Below are positions 28,443-36,548 of a stretch of DNA of 64,000 nucleotides, one piece after another. Location: the NCBI GenBank assembly GCA_902524895.1, contig CABZFH010000002.1, positions 74,505 to 138,504 of the forward strand, written 5' to 3'. The position numbers were made by a program, and so were the translations under genes. Under the pieces are notes generated by a model that did no database searches, was not told the DNA's origin, and saw only the letters and a program-made list of their open reading frames with translations. Source of the DNA: an uncultured Alphaproteobacteria bacterium (GTDB lineage: Bacteria; Pseudomonadota; Alphaproteobacteria; Methylaequorales; Methylaequoraceae). How positions within the stretch are numbered: position 1 is the first letter of the stretch; each line of letters starts with the position of its first letter.

Positions 28443-29417
28443 ATGAGCGAACCATCAAGAAAATTATCAACAGAAGAAGTATCTGCACTAATGGACGGTT
28501 TAAAAACTGGTGATCTTAGTAGCTCTACAATTAAGGATTCAAAAGACGTGGAAGTAAAAGTCTTCTCCTTTGGATCTGATGACCTTACTCTACTCGGAGA
28601 CTACTATGCTTTGAGGTTAATAAATGAGAGATTTGCAAGACAGGTTAGGACTGTTTTTTTACCATTACTTAGAGTACAGCCAAGAATTAGCTCATTTCCC
28701 CCAGAAGTAAAAACATTCGAAGAATATAGCTCTGGCTTGGATGCTTTTATGAGTTTAACCAATAATAGAATTGAGGAATTGAGAGGTTCATTATTAACTG
28801 TTTTGCCACCCTCTTTTGTAAGTTTATGTACTAGTAGTAGATATGGTGGAAAACTTGAAGTTGCAGAAACCTCTCGAACCGAATTTACTTCCACTGAAGA
28901 AAAAATAATTGAAGTAGTTAATGAAGGAATCTGTAGAGTTCTAGAGAACTCTTGGAAAGATCTTACTCCGATAACACTCAAGTTTCAAAGCCGAGAACAA
29001 AACCCGCAATTTGCTGCTTTTGTTGAATCTACCGATCTTGTTATTGTATGTTCTTTTGTAATGCAGTTACCAAAAATTGATTCAATGTCTTTTGATCTTG
29101 TTTATCCACTTCAAACTCTTAAGCCGGTTTCATCTTTATTAAGATCAAGAGTTCAGTCAGATGTCATAGAAACAAATCTGAATTGGAAAGATAGATTGCA
29201 GAATGCTGTTTTGGAAGTTCCATTAAAAGTGACCAGTAAATTAGCCGAACCCGTTATATCCATGTCTAAACTTCTAAAATGTAAAAAAGATGACGTTATT
29301 GACATAAATGTTGAGGATTCTGTAAATTTTTATGTTGAGAATCAACTTTATTTCTCAGCTGAAATGGGAGAATTAAAAGGAAATGCAGCAGTAAACTTAA
29401 AGAAAAGACTTGTTTAA
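28443..29417 (+). CDS. fliM: Flagellar motor switch protein FliM
   Basis: N-terminal LSTEEVSALM, INERFAR, RTEFTSTE, SpoA-like C-terminus. Confidence 0.9.
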   Translation: MSEPSRKLSTEEVSALMDGLKTGDLSSSTIKDSKDVEVKVFSFGSDDLTLLGDYYALRLINERFARQVRTVFLPLLRVQPRISSFPPEVKTFEEYSSGLDAFMSLTNNRIEELRGSLLTVLPPSFVSLCTSSRYGGKLEVAETSRTEFTSTEEKIIEVVNEGICRVLENSWKDLTPITLKFQSREQNPQFAAFVESTDLVIVCSFVMQLPKIDSMSFDLVYPLQTLKPVSSLLRSRVQSDVIETNLNWKDRLQNAVLEVPLKVTSKLAEPVISMSKLLKCKKDDVIDINVEDSVNFYVENQLYFSAEMGELKGNAAVNLKKRLV

Positions 29418-29431
29418 ACTAGGAGAGAAAA

Positions 29432-29797
29432 ATGAATGCCGAAACTGAAAAAAATGTAGAAGAAAAAAAAGCGAACGAAAATACAGAAGTTAAAAGTAAA
29501 GAAAATGAACCAAATCTAGAAAAAAGTAATTCAACAGGTGCAAACAATCTAAGGGTACTTGAAAATATTGATGTAAAGCTAACTGTTGAGGTTGGAAACA
29601 CAGAAATTAAAATTAGAGATTTGTTGAGGCTCAACGAAGGTTCTGTTGTAGAACTTGACAGATTAGCAGGTGAACCGCTAGATATTTTAGCAAATGGTAC
29701 GATGATAGCAAAAGGTGAAGTTGTTATGGTTGGAGAGAGATTTGGTATACGTTTAACAGAAGTTGTAGATCCCGAGGAAAGGGTTCAAAATCTTTAA
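29432..29797 (+). CDS. fliN: Flagellar motor switch protein FliN
   Basis: LTVEVG...LLRLNEGSVVELDRLAGEPLDILANG...GEVVMVGERFGIR. Confidence 0.97.
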   Translation: MNAETEKNVEEKKANENTEVKSKENEPNLEKSNSTGANNLRVLENIDVKLTVEVGNTEIKIRDLLRLNEGSVVELDRLAGEPLDILANGTMIAKGEVVMVGERFGIRLTEVVDPEERVQNL

Positions 29798-29801
29798 AAT
29801 A

Positions 29802-29815
29802 GTCAAATACTTGAC
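29802..29815. promoter_or_regulatory. FleQ-type enhancer box upstream of fliO
   Basis: GTCA-AATACT-TGAC, about 76 bp upstream of the fliO sigma54 motif. Confidence 0.7.
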
Positions 29816-29849
29816 ATTTCTGTTTTAAAAAAAAATATATATCTATTAA

Positions 29850-29862
29850 AATCAGTATCTTA
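29850..29862 (+). promoter_or_regulatory. IHF site between enhancer and fliO promoter
   Basis: AATCAG-TATC-TTA matches WATCAR-N4-TTR, preceded by an A-tract. Confidence 0.5.
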
Positions 29863-29890
29863 TAAAAATAAATAAAAAATTACTGAAGTA

Positions 29891-29906
29891 TGGCCATGTT
29901 CTTGCA
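29891..29906 (+). promoter_or_regulatory. Sigma54 promoter of fliOPQR-flhB
   Basis: TGGCCATGTTCTTGCA (GG-N10-GC); SD AAGGAG follows. Confidence 0.82.
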
Positions 29907-29938
29907 TCTTTTTAATTACTAAAAGGAGCAAAAAATAA

Positions 29939-30307
29939 ATGACATCTTACAACGGACCTACATTTGAACATTATCTAATTGTTTTAGGATTTTTGACAAT
30001 CCTCTTTATTGCTTTTTATTTTTTTAAAAAAAACAAACATATTATTTCTAATAAATTTAACAATCAAAAAAGAATGAAAGTTTCAGAGGTTACAGTTTTA
30101 GGGCACGGCGATAGAGCTCTTATTCTTAACTTAGATGACAAAGACTATTTATTTATTTCAGGAAAAAATTCTGGTGCTTTATTAACTGAAATAAAATCAC
30201 AAAAAAAACTTCAAACAGAAAATTTATCTGATCAAAAAGAGAATTTAAAAACCAACGAAATTAAAAGCCTCATTGAAAAAAGAATACGAGATGATCAAAA
30301 AGTTTAA
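29939..30307 (+). CDS. fliO: FliO
   Basis: One TM, then MKVSEVTVLGHGDRALIL; directly before fliP. Confidence 0.8.
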   Translation: MTSYNGPTFEHYLIVLGFLTILFIAFYFFKKNKHIISNKFNNQKRMKVSEVTVLGHGDRALILNLDDKDYLFISGKNSGALLTEIKSQKKLQTENLSDQKENLKTNEIKSLIEKRIRDDQKV

Positions 30308-31043
30308 ATTATTATTTATTTTAATATTCTTAATTTATCCTAACCTTGTTTCTGCCCAAGAAATATCAACTGGTTTTGATGCAATAACTGTATCTGAATC
30401 CGCAAATGGTGATAAAACATATTCACTCTCTTTGAAAATACTAGCTTTAATGACAGCTTTGACAATTTTACCTTCATTGGTATTGGGTATGACAGCATTC
30501 ACTAGAATCATTATAGTTATGTCGATTTTAAGACAAGCGCTTGGAACTCAACAAACACCTCCCAACCAAATTTTAGTTGCTATCTCTTTGTTTTTAACAT
30601 TTTTTGTTATGGCACCAACGTTTAACAAAATTATGGATGATGTTTCAGAACCTTATAAATCAGGTGAAATTTCTCTAAATGAGGCCGTATTGAATGGTAG
30701 CGGAGAACTAAAAAAGTTTATGATCAAAAATACGAGAAAGCAAGATTTAAATATGTTCTCATCGATGGCTAATATGGATCAGTTTGAAAGTACAGATGAT
30801 GTTCCTTTTTATATAGTTTTACCAGCATATATGACAAGTGAATTAAAAACAGCGTTCCAAATAGGTTTTCTTCTTTTTTTACCATTTTTAGTCATTGATA
30901 TGGTAATTGCCTCAATTTTGATGTCATTAGGTATGATGATGTTATCCCCAATGCTGATTGCATTACCCTTTAAATTATTACTATTTGTTCTTGTAGATGG
31001 TTGGACTATGACTGTTGGATCTTTAGTAGGAACTTTTAACTAG
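30291..31043 (+). CDS. fliP: Export gate protein FliP
   Basis: MTAFTRIIIVMSILRQALGTQQTPPNQ, SELKTAFQIGF, LPFKLLLFVLVDGW. Confidence 0.98.
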   Translation: MIKKFKLLFILIFLIYPNLVSAQEISTGFDAITVSESANGDKTYSLSLKILALMTALTILPSLVLGMTAFTRIIIVMSILRQALGTQQTPPNQILVAISLFLTFFVMAPTFNKIMDDVSEPYKSGEISLNEAVLNGSGELKKFMIKNTRKQDLNMFSSMANMDQFESTDDVPFYIVLPAYMTSELKTAFQIGFLLFLPFLVIDMVIASILMSLGMMMLSPMLIALPFKLLLFVLVDGWTMTVGSLVGTFN

Positions 31044-31051
31044 AGGTAGAA

Positions 31052-31318
31052 ATGGGTTTTGATGAAAATATAGAAATGGTAAGACTTGCATTTTATCAAG
31101 TATTAATGTCAAGTGGACCTTTTCTTGGAACTGCCTTGGCTATTGGTTTAATAATTGGAATTATTCAAGCAGCTACATCTATTCAGGAAATGACTTTGAG
31201 TTTTGTTCCAAAACTTGTGCTTGTCATCTTTGCTATGGGTTTTTTTGCAAGTTTTTTTATAGTTACACTCACAGATTATTTTGCATTTATTTTTGACACA
31301 ATTTCTGGGATAGACTAA
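31052..31318 (+). CDS. fliQ: Export gate protein FliQ
   Basis: IGIIQAATSIQEMTLSFVPK. Confidence 0.97.
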   Translation: MGFDENIEMVRLAFYQVLMSSGPFLGTALAIGLIIGIIQAATSIQEMTLSFVPKLVLVIFAMGFFASFFIVTLTDYFAFIFDTISGID

Positions 31319-32136
31319 TGCAAATTCCTTTGCCTTTTTATGCACCATTAGATGCTCTTCCAGGATTACAATTAAATGAATTAATTGAATACTTGTTCAT
31401 TTTCTTTCTAAGCTCTGTAAGATTATCTTCATTTCTTCTTTCAAGTCCTTTTTTAGGATCAAGAAATATACCATTATCTGTAAAGATTGTTTTTGCGATG
31501 GTATTAAGTTTTTTTAATTTTGGTTATGTCAGTGATTTAGAGATCAACAATAATTTACTGGATAATATTCTAACAATAGTTTTTGTTGAAATATTGATTG
31601 GCGTTGCATCAGGATTAACTTTAACAATCTGGTTTAGTGCTGCCTCAATGGCAGGAGAAAAAATAGCAGCATCTACTGGACTTGGGTTTTCGGCCCTAGT
31701 AGATCCTGAAACAGGAGGTCAAACTCCAGTTTTGAGTGTTGTTATGGACTTATTTCTTCTTACAATTTTTGTATCCCTTAATGGACATTTATTAGCTATT
31801 GATTTCATAATGAAAAGTAATGAAATACTAGAATTAGGATCAAGGTTACCAAGTATGGCCCTGATTGGTGCCGGCATTGAGGCTGCTGGTGCGATGTTTT
31901 ATGCAGCCGGACTAATAATGTTACCTGTAGTTGGTGCTTTAATGCTTTCAAATGTAGCTGTAGGGGTAATTACAAAATCTGCACCACAATTGAATTTGTT
32001 TTCTTTCGGGTTTCCAATTTCATTAATTTTAGCATTTTTAATTCTTTTTTTATCGGCCAGATCAATTGGAGGAACTTTTGCAGAATTAACCAATAATGCA
32101 CTTTCAACCTTAGAATCAATATTGGAGATTATATAA
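31318..32136 (+). CDS. fliR: Export gate protein FliR
   Basis: SPFLG, GLGFSALVDP, SAPQLNLFSFGFP. Confidence 0.96.
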   Translation: MQIPLPFYAPLDALPGLQLNELIEYLFIFFLSSVRLSSFLLSSPFLGSRNIPLSVKIVFAMVLSFFNFGYVSDLEINNNLLDNILTIVFVEILIGVASGLTLTIWFSAASMAGEKIAASTGLGFSALVDPETGGQTPVLSVVMDLFLLTIFVSLNGHLLAIDFIMKSNEILELGSRLPSMALIGAGIEAAGAMFYAAGLIMLPVVGALMLSNVAVGVITKSAPQLNLFSFGFPISLILAFLILFLSARSIGGTFAELTNNALSTLESILEII

Positions 32137-33291
32137 ATGGCAGAAGATAAAGATGAAAGTCAGGAAAAATCCCAAGCACCTAGTTCACGTAAATTAGAAA
32201 AGGCTGCTGAAGAAGGAAGGGTTGTTCAATCTAAAGAAATGTATGTTTTTACTATTCTTTTTGCAGGAGTATTCCTAATGTACTCGTTACCTTTGGTAGT
32301 AAATGACTTTTTGATGAGTTTAAAATCATTTTTACAATTTGGACCAGAATTGAGAAATGGGCACTCTCCTTTGAAATCAATTGAAACAGCAATTAAAATG
32401 GTTGTAAAAATAACCATCATATTTGGTCTGCCATTATGTGTGGTTTGCATTTTAACTCAATATGCTGTTGGTGGTGGTATAAGATTTTCCTTTAAACCAA
32501 TGGAACCTAAATTAAGCAAGATTAATCCAATAAGTGGTTTAAAAAAAATTTTTTCAATTAAAGGACTAATAGAGTTATTTAAAGCTTTAATTAAAGTTTT
32601 CTTCCTTGGAGGAATAACAATTTTTGTTTTTAGTGAATATCTTCCAGAAATAACGCACCTTTCTCATCCAAATCTTTTTTCTGCTTTAAAAAAGCTATTA
32701 TCTTTTTTTCCAATACTTCTAGCTGCTCTACTAGTGGGCTTAGCAGTTATTGGTGCGATAGATTTTGCTTGGCAAAAATATGATTTTATAAAACAACTAA
32801 GAATGTCTCATCAGGATATTAAAGATGAGTATAAAGAAACAGACGGTCAACCAGAAGTTAAACAAAAAATTAGAAAACTTCAAATGCAAGCAGCTAATAA
32901 AAATAATAGAGAAAATGCTTCAATTGAAAATATGGATAAGGCCACTGCTATCATAACCAATCCAACTCATTTTGCAGTTGCTTTACAATATGAGGTTGGA
33001 GAATCTGATGCTCCCAAAATCATAGCAAAAGGACGTGGAAAAATTGCTGAAAGAATCATAGATGAGGCAAAGCTAAGAAATATTGGAAAATTGGAAAGTC
33101 CAGACTTAGCAAGAGCACTGTATTACACAACAGAAATTGGAGAAGAAGTTATGAGTAAACTATATAATGCAGTAGCAATAGCCTTGGCTTATATTTATAA
33201 AATTAATAGTGGAGAATCAATTGAAAAACCATTAATTAATATACCTGAAGAACTAATATTTGATGAATTTGGAAATCAAAATGATAAATAG
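32137..33291 (+). CDS. flhB: Export switch protein FlhB
   Basis: RMSHQDIKDEYKETDGQPEVK, NPTH cleavage motif, PDLARALY. Confidence 0.98.
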   Translation: MAEDKDESQEKSQAPSSRKLEKAAEEGRVVQSKEMYVFTILFAGVFLMYSLPLVVNDFLMSLKSFLQFGPELRNGHSPLKSIETAIKMVVKITIIFGLPLCVVCILTQYAVGGGIRFSFKPMEPKLSKINPISGLKKIFSIKGLIELFKALIKVFFLGGITIFVFSEYLPEITHLSHPNLFSALKKLLSFFPILLAALLVGLAVIGAIDFAWQKYDFIKQLRMSHQDIKDEYKETDGQPEVKQKIRKLQMQAANKNNRENASIENMDKATAIITNPTHFAVALQYEVGESDAPKIIAKGRGKIAERIIDEAKLRNIGKLESPDLARALYYTTEIGEEVMSKLYNAVAIALAYIYKINSGESIEKPLINIPEELIFDEFGNQNDK

Positions 33292-33493
33292 AAATATAAG
33301 TCAATTAATTATAACTTTTGCATTTTTTTACAGCTTCATTGTTTGCCATCTTGAAGCATTGGAAAAATACCAAAGAGGAGATTTTGTTATGAGTTATATC
33401 TTGTGGATATGCGCTTTATTTTCTTTTTTAGGTGCTTTGAGATTTAGGATAGCAAAAATAATTAATAGTTTAATAAAAAAAAAAGATGAATAA
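33281..33493 (+). CDS. Small hypothetical two-TM protein
   Basis: ATG overlaps the flhB stop; two hydrophobic stretches; overlaps the next ORF. Confidence 0.55.
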   Translation: MINRNISQLIITFAFFYSFIVCHLEALEKYQRGDFVMSYILWICALFSFLGALRFRIAKIINSLIKKKDE

Positions 33494-33704
33494 ATTCTCA
33501 GAAGATTGTAAAATATGCAAACATTTGTATGTGACTTATAAACCAAATTTTCCTTGGGGTTGTCGTGCATTTGGATTTATTTCAAAAAATTACCCTTATT
33601 CTCTTGTTTATAAGACTTCTGGCATGAAATGTGCGTTATTTTCAATGAACATTAAAAATAATAATAATGAACGAAAAGATAAAAAAAAAGGGAGACTTGC
33701 ATGA
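33486..33704 (+). CDS. Small four-cysteine protein of unknown function
   Basis: CKICKH...FPWGCRAFGF...SGMKC pattern; translationally coupled on both sides. Confidence 0.7.
   Translation: MNKFSEDCKICKHLYVTYKPNFPWGCRAFGFISKNYPYSLVYKTSGMKCALFSMNIKNNNNERKDKKKGRLA
33620..33635 (+). promoter_or_regulatory. Candidate internal sigma54 promoter for the MotF-like, hypothetical and RRF-like genes
   Basis: TGGCATGAAATGTGCG (GG-N10-GC), 66 bp before ATG 33701. It lies inside coding sequence and could be coincidental. Confidence 0.45.
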
Positions 33705-34426
33705 ATAATGATTTGAATACAATGCAGGAAAGTATTAAAATAGCCTTGGATGCTGCAGATGCTGCAACTGACGTTACTTCAGAATATAAAAGAATGAAAA
33801 ATGAATATATTAAAGCGGAGCAAAAAGTGAAAGAAATTCATAAATATACGACTATTATCTTCTCGGCTTCTATTGGTACAGCAATTGTGGCTATTTTACT
33901 AACAGGAGTTTTATATTTCAAATCTTTATCAGAATTGGAGGAAATGACAAATACCAGCCGTGAAGCACTTGTAGTATTTGCGGAAAACGTTGAATCTGTA
34001 AATAGTGCAGTTGACAATATGAATAGAAGTCTTGAAAAACACTCAGATTTAGTTAACGCAAATGCAGAAATAAAGAACAAGCTCTCAGAACTTACCTCTG
34101 CTATTGCGCAGAATGATAAAAATCTAATGGTAAGTTTGTCGAAAGAGATATCAAATCTATCAAAGTCTGTTTCAACTTCAATCAAAGTAGAAGCAGGTAA
34201 GTTGAGTTCTAATATTCAAGAAGGTGACATATTGACATCTGCTAAAATTAGTAAAGCAATAGATAAATTGATTTCTGATAATAAGAAAAATTCAAATGTA
34301 AAAATGTTAAAAGAATTGTCAAATTCTACTTCAAGTTTAACAACAGCCTTAAAAGCCATTTCCTCTCAAAATAAATTGCTTGTTAAAGAAATAACTGAGC
34401 AAAAAGAAAGTATAACTTTTCCTTAG
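33701..34426 (+). CDS. Single-TM coiled-coil protein, probable MotF-like fla1 motor accessory
   Basis: 241 aa, one TM at about residues 51-73, downstream of flhB. Size, topology and position fit my recollection of R. sphaeroides MotF; not verified by search. Confidence 0.55.
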   Translation: MNNDLNTMQESIKIALDAADAATDVTSEYKRMKNEYIKAEQKVKEIHKYTTIIFSASIGTAIVAILLTGVLYFKSLSELEEMTNTSREALVVFAENVESVNSAVDNMNRSLEKHSDLVNANAEIKNKLSELTSAIAQNDKNLMVSLSKEISNLSKSVSTSIKVEAGKLSSNIQEGDILTSAKISKAIDKLISDNKKNSNVKMLKELSNSTSSLTTALKAISSQNKLLVKEITEQKESITFP

Positions 34427-34434
34427 ATATTTCG

Positions 34435-35241
34435 ATGAATAATGAGTCTATAGAAGTAACCGATCAAAAAAAGTTACAAGAAAATCAAGGTTTTCTTCTT
34501 AAAATTGAAAGTATTAGAAGGAAAACTCATTCTTTTTCTCTTATGCTAAAAGAAGACGATATCATCGTCGCACTTAACAATCAATTTTATGTGACTGGGG
34601 AGAATCAATTGATCGATGAGTTAATTGAACTTCGGAAAAATAATGATAAAGCAATACTGACTATTAAAAGAGATGAATATTTTTTTGATATAATTGTAAG
34701 AAATAGTCTTGGTTGTAAATTTTCAAGTTTATCTTTAGAAGAAACAAAAAATATTCAAACGCAATTTGCCACTAAGAAAGTTTTTGATATTGAAGAAATG
34801 AGAGAATTCAATATTTTTAGAGATTTGAAAAATAACTTTGAATGTATAGAAGATACCTTTTCAATAGTTGCAGGGTTATTTCCTCCAGCTTGGTTAGCAT
34901 ATGAACAAAAATGGTGGGTACTTAGTTTTTTCTCAATTTTCAGTTTGCTTTTACTGTCTATAAACCCATGGATTTTTGCAATTGGTTGGATAATAGTTTC
35001 AATTTATTGTTATAAAGCTCAAAAAAATCTGATCTTTGGATTTACATTGCTATCAGGCAAAGCTCTGTCAATGAAAATCGCTGCAACTAGCATTCACGAA
35101 GCTCATAAAATTATTAGATACTTTTATCCAAAGTCCAAATTTAAATATTCTAGATTAGATAGTCCTCAAATGGTTGAGGGAGAAGATAATTTTAGTAAAG
35201 ATAAAAAAAATATTTCTGAAACTGAAAATGCTTTGATATAA
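34435..35241 (+). CDS. Hypothetical membrane protein, possible PDZ-like N-terminus and DUF2628-like TM region
   Basis: LKEDDIIVALN...LTIKRD resembles PDZ; LFPPAWLAYEQKWW precedes TM helices. Confidence 0.5.
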   Translation: MNNESIEVTDQKKLQENQGFLLKIESIRRKTHSFSLMLKEDDIIVALNNQFYVTGENQLIDELIELRKNNDKAILTIKRDEYFFDIIVRNSLGCKFSSLSLEETKNIQTQFATKKVFDIEEMREFNIFRDLKNNFECIEDTFSIVAGLFPPAWLAYEQKWWVLSFFSIFSLLLLSINPWIFAIGWIIVSIYCYKAQKNLIFGFTLLSGKALSMKIAATSIHEAHKIIRYFYPKSKFKYSRLDSPQMVEGEDNFSKDKKNISETENALI

Positions 35242-35247
35242 TAAGTT

Positions 35248-35844
35248 ATGGCCGAACAATACTCTATTCAAGCTGAAACTCTAATGAAAGCTGCTGTTGA
35301 AGATTACTTAGAAATCATAAAAACAGTCCAGTCTTCCAATGCAAATATGGCTGTTATTAAATCTGTCAAGGTTACAATTAATGGAAAACCAAGAAGATTA
35401 GTAGATATTGGAGACCTAAGAACAGGAGAAAATGATAATAAACTTCAGGTCTTAGTTTTTAATACAGATCATATTGAATTGCTTGTTGATCAAATTAATG
35501 AAGCGGGTTTTGAGACTAATGTTGATGGTCAATTTGTTAATATTGATGTGCCTGATCCAACTTTTAAACAACTTATGGAGGTAGTTGACGATCTTCAAAG
35601 GAAAAAAAACTCCGCACTTGGAAGACTTACAAAAGCCAAATCAGAAGCCACAACCAGGGCTCGAACCGCTGTTGAAAATGAGTTTATTGAGCAAGCAGTA
35701 GCGAGTCAGGCCTCTAAAAAATGTGATGTTTTTTTTGGACAGTATTCTGACGAAATTAATTTACATACAACGACAAAAATTAAAGAAATACTCGGAGATG
35801 AATTTTACGCAAAGTTCGAAGAAGAACAAGCTATGTTTGATTAA
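35248..35844 (+). CDS. Divergent ribosome-recycling-factor (RRF) fold protein, not the housekeeping Frr
   Basis: Manual alignment to E. coli Frr holds along the whole length, but the IRTGRA, TEERR and RNVRR motifs are replaced. Confidence 0.75.
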   Translation: MAEQYSIQAETLMKAAVEDYLEIIKTVQSSNANMAVIKSVKVTINGKPRRLVDIGDLRTGENDNKLQVLVFNTDHIELLVDQINEAGFETNVDGQFVNIDVPDPTFKQLMEVVDDLQRKKNSALGRLTKAKSEATTRARTAVENEFIEQAVASQASKKCDVFFGQYSDEINLHTTTKIKEILGDEFYAKFEEEQAMFD

Positions 35845-35846
35845 GT

Positions 35847-36542
35847 TTATGCCTTAATACTTAAAGAATTTTTAACTTTTGCTGTATCTTTGTTTGTATT
35901 GTAAAAACTTCGTATTTGAGAAAAATTAAACATTTCTAATCTTCTCACTTTATCTGAATCTTCTTCAAAGTTTTTCTTTGGGTAGTTGAATTCCAATATA
36001 CGACCATTTTTCTTAAAAACTTTTGAATTTTGATGATTACTTTCAAAGCTTTTCGTTTCGGGAAAAATATTTCTTAACTCTTCTTTACTATTATTTTCTT
36101 GAACTTCTTGGGTAGACAATTTATTAGTTTGAGTGATTTTTTTTTTATCATTTAAATTTGCAACTTCTGTATTTTCTTTTTCTTTCCAAATTTTACTAAT
36201 TCCAGTAAACTCTAAAAATAATTCTGTCGGTGTACTGTCAAATAATTTATTAAAAATCCAGTTACCAACCCCAGCTATTGCACCTATTGGCCCTCCATAG
36301 AGAAAGCCTCCTAACCCGTTTTGAACCATATCTCTATCTGAATCCTTGTTTTCAGAATTAATGCTGGAATATATACCGCTAATTAATGGCAAATTTTGCA
36401 AAGGATTGATTGCCCCTTTAATCCATTTCAAAAAACTAAAGGTTGAGTCTTCATTATTTTCTTTTAAATTTTTTTTGCTTAATGAAATTTTTTCATTATC
36501 AAGTTTTTTAGAATGGTAAAATGGACTCTTTTCTATAAACAT
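35847..36542 (-). CDS. Conserved-looking alphaproteobacterial hypothetical protein
   Basis: INPLQNLPLISGIY...GGFLYGGPIGAIAG motif; starts 6 bp downstream of motB. Confidence 0.65.
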   Translation of the reverse strand: MFIEKSPFYHSKKLDNEKISLSKKNLKENNEDSTFSFLKWIKGAINPLQNLPLISGIYSSINSENKDSDRDMVQNGLGGFLYGGPIGAIAGVGNWIFNKLFDSTPTELFLEFTGISKIWKEKENTEVANLNDKKKITQTNKLSTQEVQENNSKEELRNIFPETKSFESNHQNSKVFKKNGRILEFNYPKKNFEEDSDKVRRLEMFNFSQIRSFYNTNKDTAKVKNSLSIKA

Positions 36543-36548
36543 TTTTCT

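Noticed and set aside
33486-33704. Calling the 72-aa Cys protein a uracil-DNA glycosylase
   Set aside because: Far too short and lacks UDG catalytic motifs.
35248-35844. Calling the RRF-like gene the housekeeping frr
   Set aside because: The rRNA-contacting arginine motifs are absent and the context is flagellar, not rpsB-tsf-pyrH; symbol withheld pending a genome-wide check.
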